64,000 nt of DNA. Origin: Tetramitus jugosus. Its lineage: Eukaryota > Protista > Heterolobosea. The DNA is taken from contig OW569374.1 of assembly GCA_937625935.1 (NCBI GenBank), positions 186,001 to 250,000 of the forward strand, written 5' to 3'. The position numbers and the translations under genes were made by a program. This document shows, in pieces, positions 18,888 through 28,814 of the stretch. The first letter of the stretch is position 1. Every line of letters begins with the position of its first letter. Under the pieces are notes generated by a model that saw only the letters and a list, made by a program, of their open reading frames with translations, ran no database searches and was not told the origin of the DNA.

Positions 18888-20321
18888 ATGGAGGACGCAA
18901 AGAAAAAGTTCCCCAGACCATATCTGCCGAAAACTAAAAATATGGGACCTCTGACCAACATACTCATCTCTGTTTTCTTTAGCACGATCTCTGTGTCTTT
19001 GATTGTTCCCTCTCATCCTCAACTCTTGACTCAAGTTTTCTGCAAGAATGACTATGCTTCCTCAGCAAAGCTCTACGGTTGGCAAATGAGTGTCATTGCA
19101 CTGCTCCAGTTCTTGTCTACTCCGATCCTTGGCCTGTGGAGTGACAGGATACGCAACAGACGAAGAGTGTTGTTGTTGCAAGGTGCTGTGACTACTCTGG
19201 CCTATGTCATGCTCACAGCTGTGTCCTATTTTGGTGCACCTTCATCCTCTTTGTCAAGTGCAAGTGAGGATGATTGGTGGCGTGCAGTGCTGTGGATTGC
19301 ATATCTGGTGTCTCGTTTTTTGACGGGCATCATGGGCAATTTGTTCATGATTGCACTGACCTATGTTGGAGATTTATCCGATGATCAGAGCAAGTCATCC
19401 AACTTTGGTTTGGTTGGTATGAGTGGTGGGCTGGCGTTTACGTTTGGTCCTGCCATGTCCGCTCTTGCATCTCGTTTCATTAGCTCTCAGCTCTACTTTT
19501 CATTCTTGATGGCTGCTGTGTGTTGCTTGACCGGCTTTTTGTTCTCAGTGTTTAATGTAGAGGATTCCATTGAGTTAATGAAGAAGAAGAAGAATGCAAA
19601 TCAACCTGAATTGAGCACCACATCGGCTGATGAAGAGAAAAACAACGATAGCGGAATTTGGTCTCTGTTGAAAGATGCAAATCCCCTCAAGAGCTTCTCT
19701 ATTCTGTTCTCCAATGGACCTTCTTTGATGCTCCTGTCTGTGGTCACATTATTGTTTGGACTCGGTAATAGTGGATTCTTCAGTATTTGGATCAACTATG
19801 CCAATCATCGATACAAGTTCACTTCCTATGAGAGTGGCCTCTTTTTAACCGGTATTGGTATCGGTTATGCCATTGTTCAGGGAAGATTAATGAAATTGTT
19901 CGTACGGGTATTGGGTGAGCACAAAGCTGCTGTTTTCGCCCTATTGGCTTCCTCTCTAACTTATCTGGGTCTTGGCTTGGCTAATGAGGGCTGGATGACG
20001 TATGCTGTAATTCCTGTTGCTTCATTTGCCTCCATGTCTGATCCTCTATTGAAGGGCATTGGAAGCAAGCAGGTAGATAGTACAAAGCAGGGTACTTTAC
20101 AGGGTGCCATGAGTTCATTGATCACTATCAGTGCTGTTGTTAGTCCTGTGATGTTAGCTTATGTGTTTAGCATCTTTTCCTCTGTGGATGCTCCTATTAA
20201 GAACTTCATAGGAGCACCATTTTTCCTCTGCTCACTCTGCGTCTTAGTCAGTTGTCTCATTATGCTTCTGTTTGTTCCAACCCAAAAGAAAATAGAGAGT
20301 GATGAACGGAAGAAACAATAA
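18888..20321 (+). CDS. MFS transporter, TCR/TetA (DHA1) family
   Basis: About 12 hydrophobic segments, motif A (GLWSDRIRNRRRVLL), motif C (FTFGPA), TetA-like C-half (SKQVDSTKQGTLQGAMSSL). First ATG is at 18888. Confidence 0.9.
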   Translation: MEDAKKKFPRPYLPKTKNMGPLTNILISVFFSTISVSLIVPSHPQLLTQVFCKNDYASSAKLYGWQMSVIALLQFLSTPILGLWSDRIRNRRRVLLLQGAVTTLAYVMLTAVSYFGAPSSSLSSASEDDWWRAVLWIAYLVSRFLTGIMGNLFMIALTYVGDLSDDQSKSSNFGLVGMSGGLAFTFGPAMSALASRFISSQLYFSFLMAAVCCLTGFLFSVFNVEDSIELMKKKKNANQPELSTTSADEEKNNDSGIWSLLKDANPLKSFSILFSNGPSLMLLSVVTLLFGLGNSGFFSIWINYANHRYKFTSYESGLFLTGIGIGYAIVQGRLMKLFVRVLGEHKAAVFALLASSLTYLGLGLANEGWMTYAVIPVASFASMSDPLLKGIGSKQVDSTKQGTLQGAMSSLITISAVVSPVMLAYVFSIFSSVDAPIKNFIGAPFFLCSLCVLVSCLIMLLFVPTQKKIESDERKKQ

Positions 20322-20493
20322 GTTTCAATAAAAGATAACGAACTATTTGAACCATGACGGCGTGAATGATCCAGTTAAGATTTAGAGAGGATCTTTTGTC
20401 CTTGTCCTTTCTATCTGCTCATCTTCTAATCTGAAACTACAAGTGGAAAATGGCTCGTTCCAAGATCTGCTAGGAAATATAATATTGTGTATT

Positions 20494-21651
20494 TTACAAT
20501 TGTGGTTGTTGGGATTGTTGTGACTTGACCTTTGTGACATTGAAGAGATCTGGTGTATTGCCCTCCAGGAAACCTTCAAACAATTCACCATTGACCTCTC
20601 TTCTCTGTGCAAATTCATAGTAGGCATACGACCAGTTCAAAGAACCAAATCCACCATCATTCTCTCTCACCAAACAGTCTTCCATCACAGCTCTAGAAGC
20701 AGTTTGTCTCAAGCAATTTGGTCCAACAATATCGCCATCCTTCATTGGAATACCATTTTGTTTCAAGTATTGAATGGTTGTTTCAATATCAGGAAGCTCA
20801 GGAACGTTTTGTTGATTGATATAGGCAGTAAAGTGGTTCACACTATTACCATGAAGCAACAACCAGGAAGCATATTGAGAGACTGGGTCAATCTGTACAA
20901 CAGTGTCTCTCAATGGAGCACTCCATGGTCTGACAAAGCAATTCAACAATTGCTTCGTCAAGTAGTGTCTTTCAATTGTGTTGAGGTTTCCATTTTGTTC
21001 CAACAGCTTGAGCAAAGCTTTGGCATCGTTGCTCAAAGGATCAACAGCATCCATGACAGACTCCTTCACCATGTTGGCATACTGTCTTGGTAGCTTCTCC
21101 ACCTCCAATTGAGAGATGAAAATCTTTGGAGCTAATGGATCAGTTGTGTGCTGTAAATGCTTGGCGGTCAGGTGCTTGTCGGGGAAAACATAGTCTCCGG
21201 CTACCTTGTAACCGAGTGGCTCAAAAAGGCGGATGAGGGCTTGACCTCCTGCAGGTTGAGATCCAGTAAATGTGTTGACAGTACGGAAGGCAATGTGATC
21301 ATTCACGGCACGTCCACCCTTTTGTTCCATGAGTTCAGCATACTTGGCGGCATAGCTTACTCTGCCCAAATAGCTCTTCCACATGCTGTTTAGCATGTCA
21401 TTGAGTACAAGTTTCTTTGAGACTCCAGAGACAGTCATTGTTGTGTTGTAGTTACTCTTGTGTAGTAGGGTGTGATTTGCTTTTGGGAAACATCGAAGCA
21501 AAGATCGAAATGCAAGAGAGCTTGAAGAGAAGCTCCAATGGGGGCGTGTTAAAAAAATCGAGCCTCCAATGTCCCGCAATGAGAGGGAAATAAATTTGGT
21601 CCTCCGCAAGATTTTTGGTAAATCAACGCCAGGCGATAGCGGGAAAAACAT
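20494..21651 (-). CDS. DUF1338 family, 2-oxoadipate dioxygenase/decarboxylase (hydroxyglutarate synthase, HglS-like)
   Basis: NDHIAFRT, PKIFISQL, SQYASW...NHFT, LRQTA, YYEFAQR, FEGF; His/His/Glu metal ligands are present. Start is either ATG 21651 or ATG 21438. Confidence 0.85.
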   Translation of the reverse strand: MFFPLSPGVDLPKILRRTKFISLSLRDIGGSIFLTRPHWSFSSSSLAFRSLLRCFPKANHTLLHKSNYNTTMTVSGVSKKLVLNDMLNSMWKSYLGRVSYAAKYAELMEQKGGRAVNDHIAFRTVNTFTGSQPAGGQALIRLFEPLGYKVAGDYVFPDKHLTAKHLQHTTDPLAPKIFISQLEVEKLPRQYANMVKESVMDAVDPLSNDAKALLKLLEQNGNLNTIERHYLTKQLLNCFVRPWSAPLRDTVVQIDPVSQYASWLLLHGNSVNHFTAYINQQNVPELPDIETTIQYLKQNGIPMKDGDIVGPNCLRQTASRAVMEDCLVRENDGGFGSLNWSYAYYEFAQRREVNGELFEGFLEGNTPDLFNVTKVKSQQSQQPQL

Positions 21652-21813
21652 TAAATGATTGAATTGTTGGTTTGGGTTTTTGCGGTCAACCGCGCGAGAG
21701 ACGTGTAAAAGGTACGTATTTTGAGTGAGAGTTTTCGAGTTTATCTAAAAATTCTCTCTTTTGCAAGATGTCGGATTGTAATGTTGTTGATTGTTTTGTT
21801 GGGAAAGTATTTC

Positions 21814-22813
21814 TTACTCTTCCTTTGCCTTGTTGGTCAAGATACCAATGAATGCTTCATAGTCAAACATGCCAGTATCTCTTGCACCAATCTCAGCACA
21901 CATGCTCTTCCATTCTCTCTCGCTGAATGGAGTTCCGTGAGTGGTCAAAGCGTGCTTCAATTCATCACTCTTGATGAATCCAGACTTTTCTAGATCCCAA
22001 CTTTGGAATGCATCTCTCAAAACTTCTTCAGAGTCAGTGTCTCTCAATTTTGCAGACAAAACGGAAACAAATTGAGCAAACTCAATGAATCCACTTCTTG
22101 TTGTGTCGCACTCGTTGATCATCTCCTTGATTTCAGATGTGGTCTTGCTCATTGCCAATGAAGCAAATGTCTTTTGCAAATCTTCAACAGACACTCTGCC
22201 GTCTTGATCTTGATCAAAATAGGAGAAAGCATCTTGGTATTCCTTAACTTGTCTATCGGAGAGGGACTAAATCAATTGACAGATATCAAATGGTTGTTAG
22301 CTAACACTGCGTTTGATTTTGATGTGAAGAAACATGAAAAAAAACAAACAAATGGTCGACGGTGCTTGTGTGCGTGCAATGGAAGAGAGATTGGGCCGAG
22401 CAGAAATGACGATGATGATGATGACGATGATGAAGATTACAATGATCAAATGATTGTAGCTCAAAGATTATAATCTCGTCATTTGTGTGTGTGTGCATCT
22501 ACAGTGTCATTTTCGGCTGAAGCATATCAATCGTGAAAACATGTTCCCTTCGAGTCACGATTGCTATTCTCATTGTAATGGTAGAGTGCTACTAATAATA
22601 ACCAATCTTGTTCTGTGTTTGTTCTTCATCATACTAGACCGAATGTTGCATCCATTTTTCTTCACTGCTAACAACATCATTCATCATATTATGACCATCA
22701 TCAACCTTCATTTATGTTCCGAATGCTTCTTTGCAATTTTGCTCTCTTCAATCTTCCAAGGCACACACGCACACAATGTGAGTGTGGTTGTTTGTGAGCG
22801 TAGAACTTACCAT
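21814..22813 (-). CDS. EF-hand protein, myosin regulatory-light-chain/calmodulin-like; exons 22813-22811 (ATG only), 22266-21814
   Basis: aaacaATG|gtaagt at 22813-22810 and acceptor tttag at 22267 give MSLSDRQVKEYQDAFSYFDQDQDGRVSVEDL...TDSEEVLRDAF...FDYEAFIGILTNKAKEE. Confidence 0.8.
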
Positions 22814-23214
22814 TGTTTTAAAGTTGTAGAGTGGATATAATTACAGAGATTGGGATATGTACTTTGTTTGTGGGTAGTGTTGTTGTTTCGAAAGTACAAT
22901 GAGGAAATTTGTTGTTTGTGAGCGAAAGGATTCACCAAGGCAGGTTTTTGACAGACAGTACATGTCAATCGTCAACATCACCAGTTCAATTATTCTTTGT
23001 AATTATTGACATCAGTCGGACATATTCGAATCCTGACTGGTATTTATCCGCCAACCAGTTTTCACCAAGTCGGACATTCATCCAGTTCAGATGACAGGTT
23101 TACAAATAAATTGTATTGGATCAATCGGATTTGCTAGTGAGAATGTGAACATTGAGAGTGTGGAAAAAGTTGTGTTTATTTTTTTGTCAATAACCAACGT
23201 GATCAACGAACGAA

Positions 23215-23734
23215 TTACAACTTGGACAAATCCAAAGGCACAGGTTGACCCAACCACAGAGGATACTTGGTATGATCATACAATTCATTGTCAGTGTGTG
23301 GATGCAACAAGGCACTCAAATTACCGTGATTCACCATGATCCAGCTCACAATATCAGAGAATTTAGGATAGTTTTGAGGGATATCAATTTCAAACATTGG
23401 AATTGGATGAGGTCCAATAGGATAGTCAAACATCTTGATTCTGAGCTCACCCCATCGGCCAAGAGCGGCATTCATAAGCTTTGTAGCATAAGTTTTTTGT
23501 TCTACATTCTTATCACTGAACAGATTGGAAAAAACAGGTTAGATTGTACAAAAGTCATACTACGATTCTAAACAGATCAGAGGAACTGCTCTACAATGAT
23601 AAAACTTACAAAAAGTAGATGTGCAGATCATAACCAGTGACTCCACTGCTCTGTGATTGAACAGAAGATGGAGAACAGATGAACAACAGGAGGACAGTAG
23701 CAACTAGAGCTAACGCAAAGTGAGAAAATTTCAT
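23215..23734 (-). CDS. DOPA 4,5-dioxygenase family protein with signal peptide; exons 23734-23610, 23515-23215
   Basis: Intron 23516-23609 (gtaagt...ttcag) restores the frame: YDLHIYFF...PIGPHPIPMFE...WIMVNHGNLSALLHPHT..ELYDH...LWLGQPVPLDL. Confidence 0.88.
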
Positions 23735-23913
23735 GTTTGGTGCGTGGTTTGGTTTGTGTGGTGGTCTGATGAAATAAGGGAACTTTAAATGGTGAACACC
23801 CCATGGCTGCGGATGTTCTTTTCCTATTGGAAACTTGCTGCTCCGGAGAAGTGGAGTTTGTTGGTGACTTGACTGCCAAAAAACACGAAATTCCAAAGCA
23901 CAGAGTATCACGC

Positions 23914-24321
23914 ATGTCAAGTCAAGATCAAAATGTTTTAGGCAACTCCGAGGAACCTATTGGTTCCGATCAACCGAGCTGGTCATTGTTGAGCGGTCCG
24001 GATCTTTTGGACAATGTACGATTGTCCAGAGATCAGAATGTTGAGTTGTTCAATGTGTTGACACAGGGAAAGAATATCAAGATTGAACGGATTATTTCTA
24101 CAGGCCAGACTACACCGACTGGTGAGGTGTACGATCAAGAGTGGGATGAATTTGTGCTGCTCATGCAAGGAAGTGCAAATATTACAATGGTTGACTCCCA
24201 AAGAGTGATCAGTCTTTCGGCAGGTGATTCAGTCCTGATTCGTGCTCACGAAAAGCATGTTGTTAGTTTCACTTCCTCTGATCCTGCTTGCATCTGGTTG
24301 GCTGTTCATTTTGCACCTTGA
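23914..24321 (+). CDS. Small cupin-domain protein (bacterial-type)
   Basis: IKIERIISTGQTTP..YDQEWDEFVLLMQGSA...LSAGDSVLIRAHEKHVV..TS....IWLAVHF. ATG at 23914. Confidence 0.85.
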   Translation: MSSQDQNVLGNSEEPIGSDQPSWSLLSGPDLLDNVRLSRDQNVELFNVLTQGKNIKIERIISTGQTTPTGEVYDQEWDEFVLLMQGSANITMVDSQRVISLSAGDSVLIRAHEKHVVSFTSSDPACIWLAVHFAP

Positions 24322-24396
24322 ACTGCGATATAGTTAATTATTTACTAATAATAATAATAAGAGTGGTATGCTACAGAGGTAATATTTGATAGGTTA

Positions 24397-27300
24397 TTAG
24401 TCCATCACATCATCACCATCGTCATCACCAGTCGTTTCTTCAGCTGGTGTTTCTTGTTCGAATGATTCATCGTGGCTTCTTCTGTCTGGTGCTGGAGTGG
24501 CGAGTGCCTTGGACACTGACGTAGGTGCAGTATCAGTCGATCCATACTCCGTCAAATCGAGGGTCAACACACCAGAACTCTTGGTGGCATGATCACGATA
24601 GACACCACAGAGAGCATCTGATAGATTGAATAAGCTTTCCTTCAAGGAAATGACAATGAATTGACAGTCATCCTTCTTATTCAATACATAGTTTGCAATC
24701 TTTTGAACGTTCACATTGTCGAGAGCAGCATCAACTTCATCAAGAATAAAGAATGGAGATGGTCTGAACGTGTGAATGGCAAACAACAATGCCAATGCAG
24801 CAACAGTCTTTTCTCCACCAGATAGTTGATCCATATCTCTGTATCTCTTTGTTGGAGGCATAGCATTAAACTTGATTCCCTTCAGATAAGGTTCATCGTT
24901 ATCTTGAACACCCAGGTAGGCCGTTCCTCCTAGTGGGAACTTGTCACTTCTGGTCAGATCCTTGTAGATTTGATCAATTGCCTGGGATATTGGCTCAAAT
25001 GCCTTCATGAAAGTATCAAAACGTTTCTGTTGGACAGCCTTGAATCTCTTTTGAATATCTCGTTGCTTTTCTTTCGATTGCTTGTATTCTTCAAAATTTT
25101 CATCATACCTTCTTTGGACCACATCAGCTCTTCCTGAGGTGGCAGCACTTGGTGCCAATGAATCAATTTCCATCTGTAAGCGAGCCAAGTCATCTCTAAA
25201 CTCTTCATCAATTTGTTCATATTCCTCGCTGGTAATGTTCAAAATCTTCTTGTCCAACTCTGAGAAATCAAGGCGAATCGTTTCTTCTCGTTCTCTTGAT
25301 GATCCAGATGATTCTTCTTCGCTCTGAGAAACACTGAAAGGTTCCGATTGAGTGAGTACTTCCTCATCATCACTCATGTCGTCATCAGACTCTTGTTGAC
25401 TTCTGGTTCTTGTTGTACGCCTTCTGCGAGAGGTAGCAGTTCTCGCAGTTGTCGACGAAGTTCTTCGTTTCTTCTTTGCCGGCTGCGCATCCTCTTCAGT
25501 CGTAGGAAGTTCAATTTCTTCCATTCTGCACTTCATAAACAGTTCTTTTCTTTCATTACGGTATCGATCCATTGTATTTTCTTTTGTCGTTTTCTGCTTT
25601 TCAAGTCGATTGATATCGTTGGTTAGGCTGTGCTCAATATTTTGAAGCTCATTCGTTTCGGTTTCCTTTTCAGAAATTTGCTTTTTCATATTGGTTTGTC
25701 TGTTCTTTAGTTCCTCCTCTTGTTGAACCATACCAGCTAGATCATTCTCAATCTTCTCAAGCTTATTGCGCAGAGCAGATAATTTCTTCTTCTGATCATC
25801 CAAGCTTTGTTGAAGAGAACCAAAACCAACACCAGAGGCAGACACTTGACGTTTTCTGGCATATTCCAATTTTTGAGAAATTCTACTCTTGATGAGTTGA
25901 TACTTGGCTTGTTCAGCCGTAGCCTCTTGGTCCAACTTTAATCTTTCGCTTTCATATTCTCTAATATTGGAGATACCTAGCTTTCGGGAGAAGTCTCCAA
26001 AGATACGATCTTCAATCTCTTTGATTTTCTTTTCAATTTCTGCTGCTTCCTCATTCAATGTGTTAATGGAATTTTGAAGATTAGTGATTTGAGGAACATC
26101 ATCATTAAGTTGTTCGGTGATTTGCTTGATGTCCGCTTCAATACTCTCTTTCTTCTTTTTGGAGAATTCCAAGTCACCGGAAGCAAACTTGGTCCTTTCT
26201 TCGAGAGAGACAATGTCTCGAGCAATCTTTTGTAGAGTTTCTTCACCAGCAATGTCGTCACGAGCCAACTCTTGCAATCTTGTGAGAATTTCATCTCTCG
26301 TTTTCTTAAGTTTGTCGATATCCTTCTCTCTGAATTGTGGCTTTTGGGATTGTGCAACAACATCGGCTTGACCACCAGTGATCATACCGGATTTGGAGAT
26401 AACAGTACCATCAAGAGTAACAGCCTTTAGTTTCTCACCAAGATTTTTCTCAAAGCACAAATTCATGGCATTTTCAAGAGTGTCACACATTACGGTGTTA
26501 CCAATGGCATATCTAAAGGCCTTTTCAAAAGGTCTCTCATAGGTCAACACATCTAAAACCAACTTTTCTTCCTTGTCAAGCTGGGATCTGAGCTTTTCAT
26601 TAATCTTCTTTGCTTTGATTGTATCCAGTGGAATAAATGTGGCAACAGATACTCTCTGTTCCTTCAAATAATCGATACAGTCGAGTGCAACTTTCTCTGT
26701 ATCAACCACGATGGCGTTTGCATTTCTATTACCCATAGCAACGAACACAGCAGTATGATACTTCTCACGAGAAATTCTACATAGGTCACGCAATCTTCCA
26801 TGCACGCCACTGAACAAACGTTTCATACTGTCCAATGCATCAGCAAACTTTTGTTCTCTTTCACTGGCCTTTTTATCCACTCTTGCATCTCTCAATTTTT
26901 CACTCACTTCTTCAAGCTTCTTTTGATTTTCATCCTTCTCCTTCTTTCTGGCTTCTTGGTTGCTGATTTCTCTATTGCGTTGAGCTACTTTCTCATCAAG
27001 AATTCTTTGACTCGTATTGATTGTTTCTTGCAATCTCTTCAGACGTGGATTCAAACTGGATTCGATACTTTCTCTTAGTTGATTCTTACGATTGGTTAAT
27101 TCTTCTCTCTTTTGTTGAAGAGAACGAAGTTGTTCCAACAAGGAAGATCTTTCGGCTTGAATTGTTGTCAATCTCTGATTGAGAGTCACAGTTTCAACAC
27201 CAGCTTGACTACGCAGTTTAAGGTATTCTTCCAATTGATCTCCTGTCAGGTCTAATTCACCTCTTCTGCTTCTTTCTCTTGTCAATCTTTCTTCAGTCTC

Positions 27301-28661
27301 TTTTTCTTCCTTTTCTGCTTGAATGAGCTCATCTTGCAAAGTGGCAATTTCTTGACTCACCTTATCGTTGCTAGTGGACAATTCAGCCATTTGATCTTCA
27401 ATCTTCTTAATCTCTGATTCAGCATGGGAAATTTGAACCTTAATCTTTTCTCGTGAGACGGTTCGATCGGATTTCAACTTTTGGAAATTCTTGACATCAC
27501 GAGTCAGAGTAATATTATCCTTTCTTAACTTGGCATACTCTCTTCGCTTCTTTTGCAATTGTGTTTGAGTGGTTTTTTGTTTGTTTGTCAATTCAGTGAT
27601 TTGCTTCTCAATCTCCTTTTGTTCCTTGCCTTCTTCTGTAATTTTCTTCTCAATATGGTACAATTTCCATAGAATATAGTCCGTTTGCAATGAAACATGC
27701 TCCGCCAATTTTTCATCATACTTTGAGGCTTCCTTCTGTTGAACCTTGTACTTTTTGCTTTCTGCAAACGAGTGCTTCTTCTTTTGTAAATTGGTAATCA
27801 CAGTGTTGTTCATCTTGTCATTCTCTTCCCTCAATTGATCGTACTCAACCTTAAATTCATCACTTCCACTGATTTGCTCAAACAGTTTTGTGAGATCGTC
27901 TGGTGACTTGGCTGCAATGCTCTCCACATCTCCTTGAAACACCAAAAAGTTTCTAGCCTTGGACAAAATACCCAACTTGCTCAATCGTTTATCGTACTTT
28001 GTGGCTTGAACAGCCCTGTCATTAATGTAGTAGACACTGGATCCATCATGTGCAATTGTTCTCTTGAAGTGAATCATTTCATCGTCACTCGTTCGAAACA
28101 CCAACTCAACTGATGCAGTACGTCTCATCGTTTCACTCTGACCATCTGCATTGTAAATCAACTGTTTCAGATTGGAGGAACGCAAGAAGGCAGCACGCAA
28201 TCCCACAACAAAACTGATGGCATCCATCAAATTGGATTTGCCTGTTTGTTATCCAAATAAACACAACGCACATTTACGCACATGTATGCATGTTTTCAAA
28301 AAAAATGAATTTGATTGTTGTTGTTGTTGGTCAATAATGAACTCATCATGTGCACACATAGCAACAAAGAAAGAACTGATGATGGTGATATCATCATCAT
28401 CATCATCGACATGATCATCATAAAAATCATCATACCTGCACCGTTTGGACCAATGATACAAGTAAAGTTATGGAATGGTCCAATGGTCTGCTTTCCCTTG
28501 TATGACTTGAAATTTTCAATATCCAATCGAACAATGAATCCACCTTTGACAGAAGGGGTAGTGGTGGTTGCTGTAGTTGTTGTAGTCGTTGATGATGGTT
28601 CCTCCTCTTGTGATTGTGGTCTTGTGGGTGAGGAGGCTGTTGGACTGCTGCTCTCTGACAT
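24397..28661 (-). CDS. SMC1: Cohesin subunit SMC1; exons 28661-28436, 28241-24397
   Basis: ENFKSYKG. Walker A (GPNGAG|[11 protein letters not shown]) is restored by intron 28242-28435. Also [13 protein letters not shown], hinge, [15 protein letters not shown] and [12 protein letters not shown]. Confidence 0.97.
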
Positions 28662-28781
28662 ATTGTATTATAAAATATTTAAATGGGTTGTGGGTGAGAG
28701 GAGTTGTAAATATGGAATCTTGTTGTTGTTTTGTGTATTCGAGCACAAACGTGAAATTTTTTTTTCGTTGCAAGAGAAAAA

Positions 28782-28790
28782 TTTGGCGCG
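28782..28790. promoter_or_regulatory. E2F-type site TTTGGCGCG upstream of SMC1
   Basis: Consensus match about 120 bp upstream of the SMC1 ATG. Confidence 0.5.
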
Positions 28791-28814
28791 TTCGAGAAAA
28801 AGAAGTAACGGAAC

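Noticed and set aside
21685-21725. Minus-strand ACGT-ACCTTTTAC-ACGT resembling U5 snRNA loop 1
   Set aside because: The loop is not the invariant GCCTTTTAC, the stem is only 4 bp, and there is no Sm site on that strand.
22518-22532. AAGCATATCAAT 12-mer identical to the 5' region of LSU rRNA; also considered as a SECIS element
   Set aside because: The flanks are not rRNA. There is no correctly placed GA quartet and no in-frame TGA in neighbouring genes.
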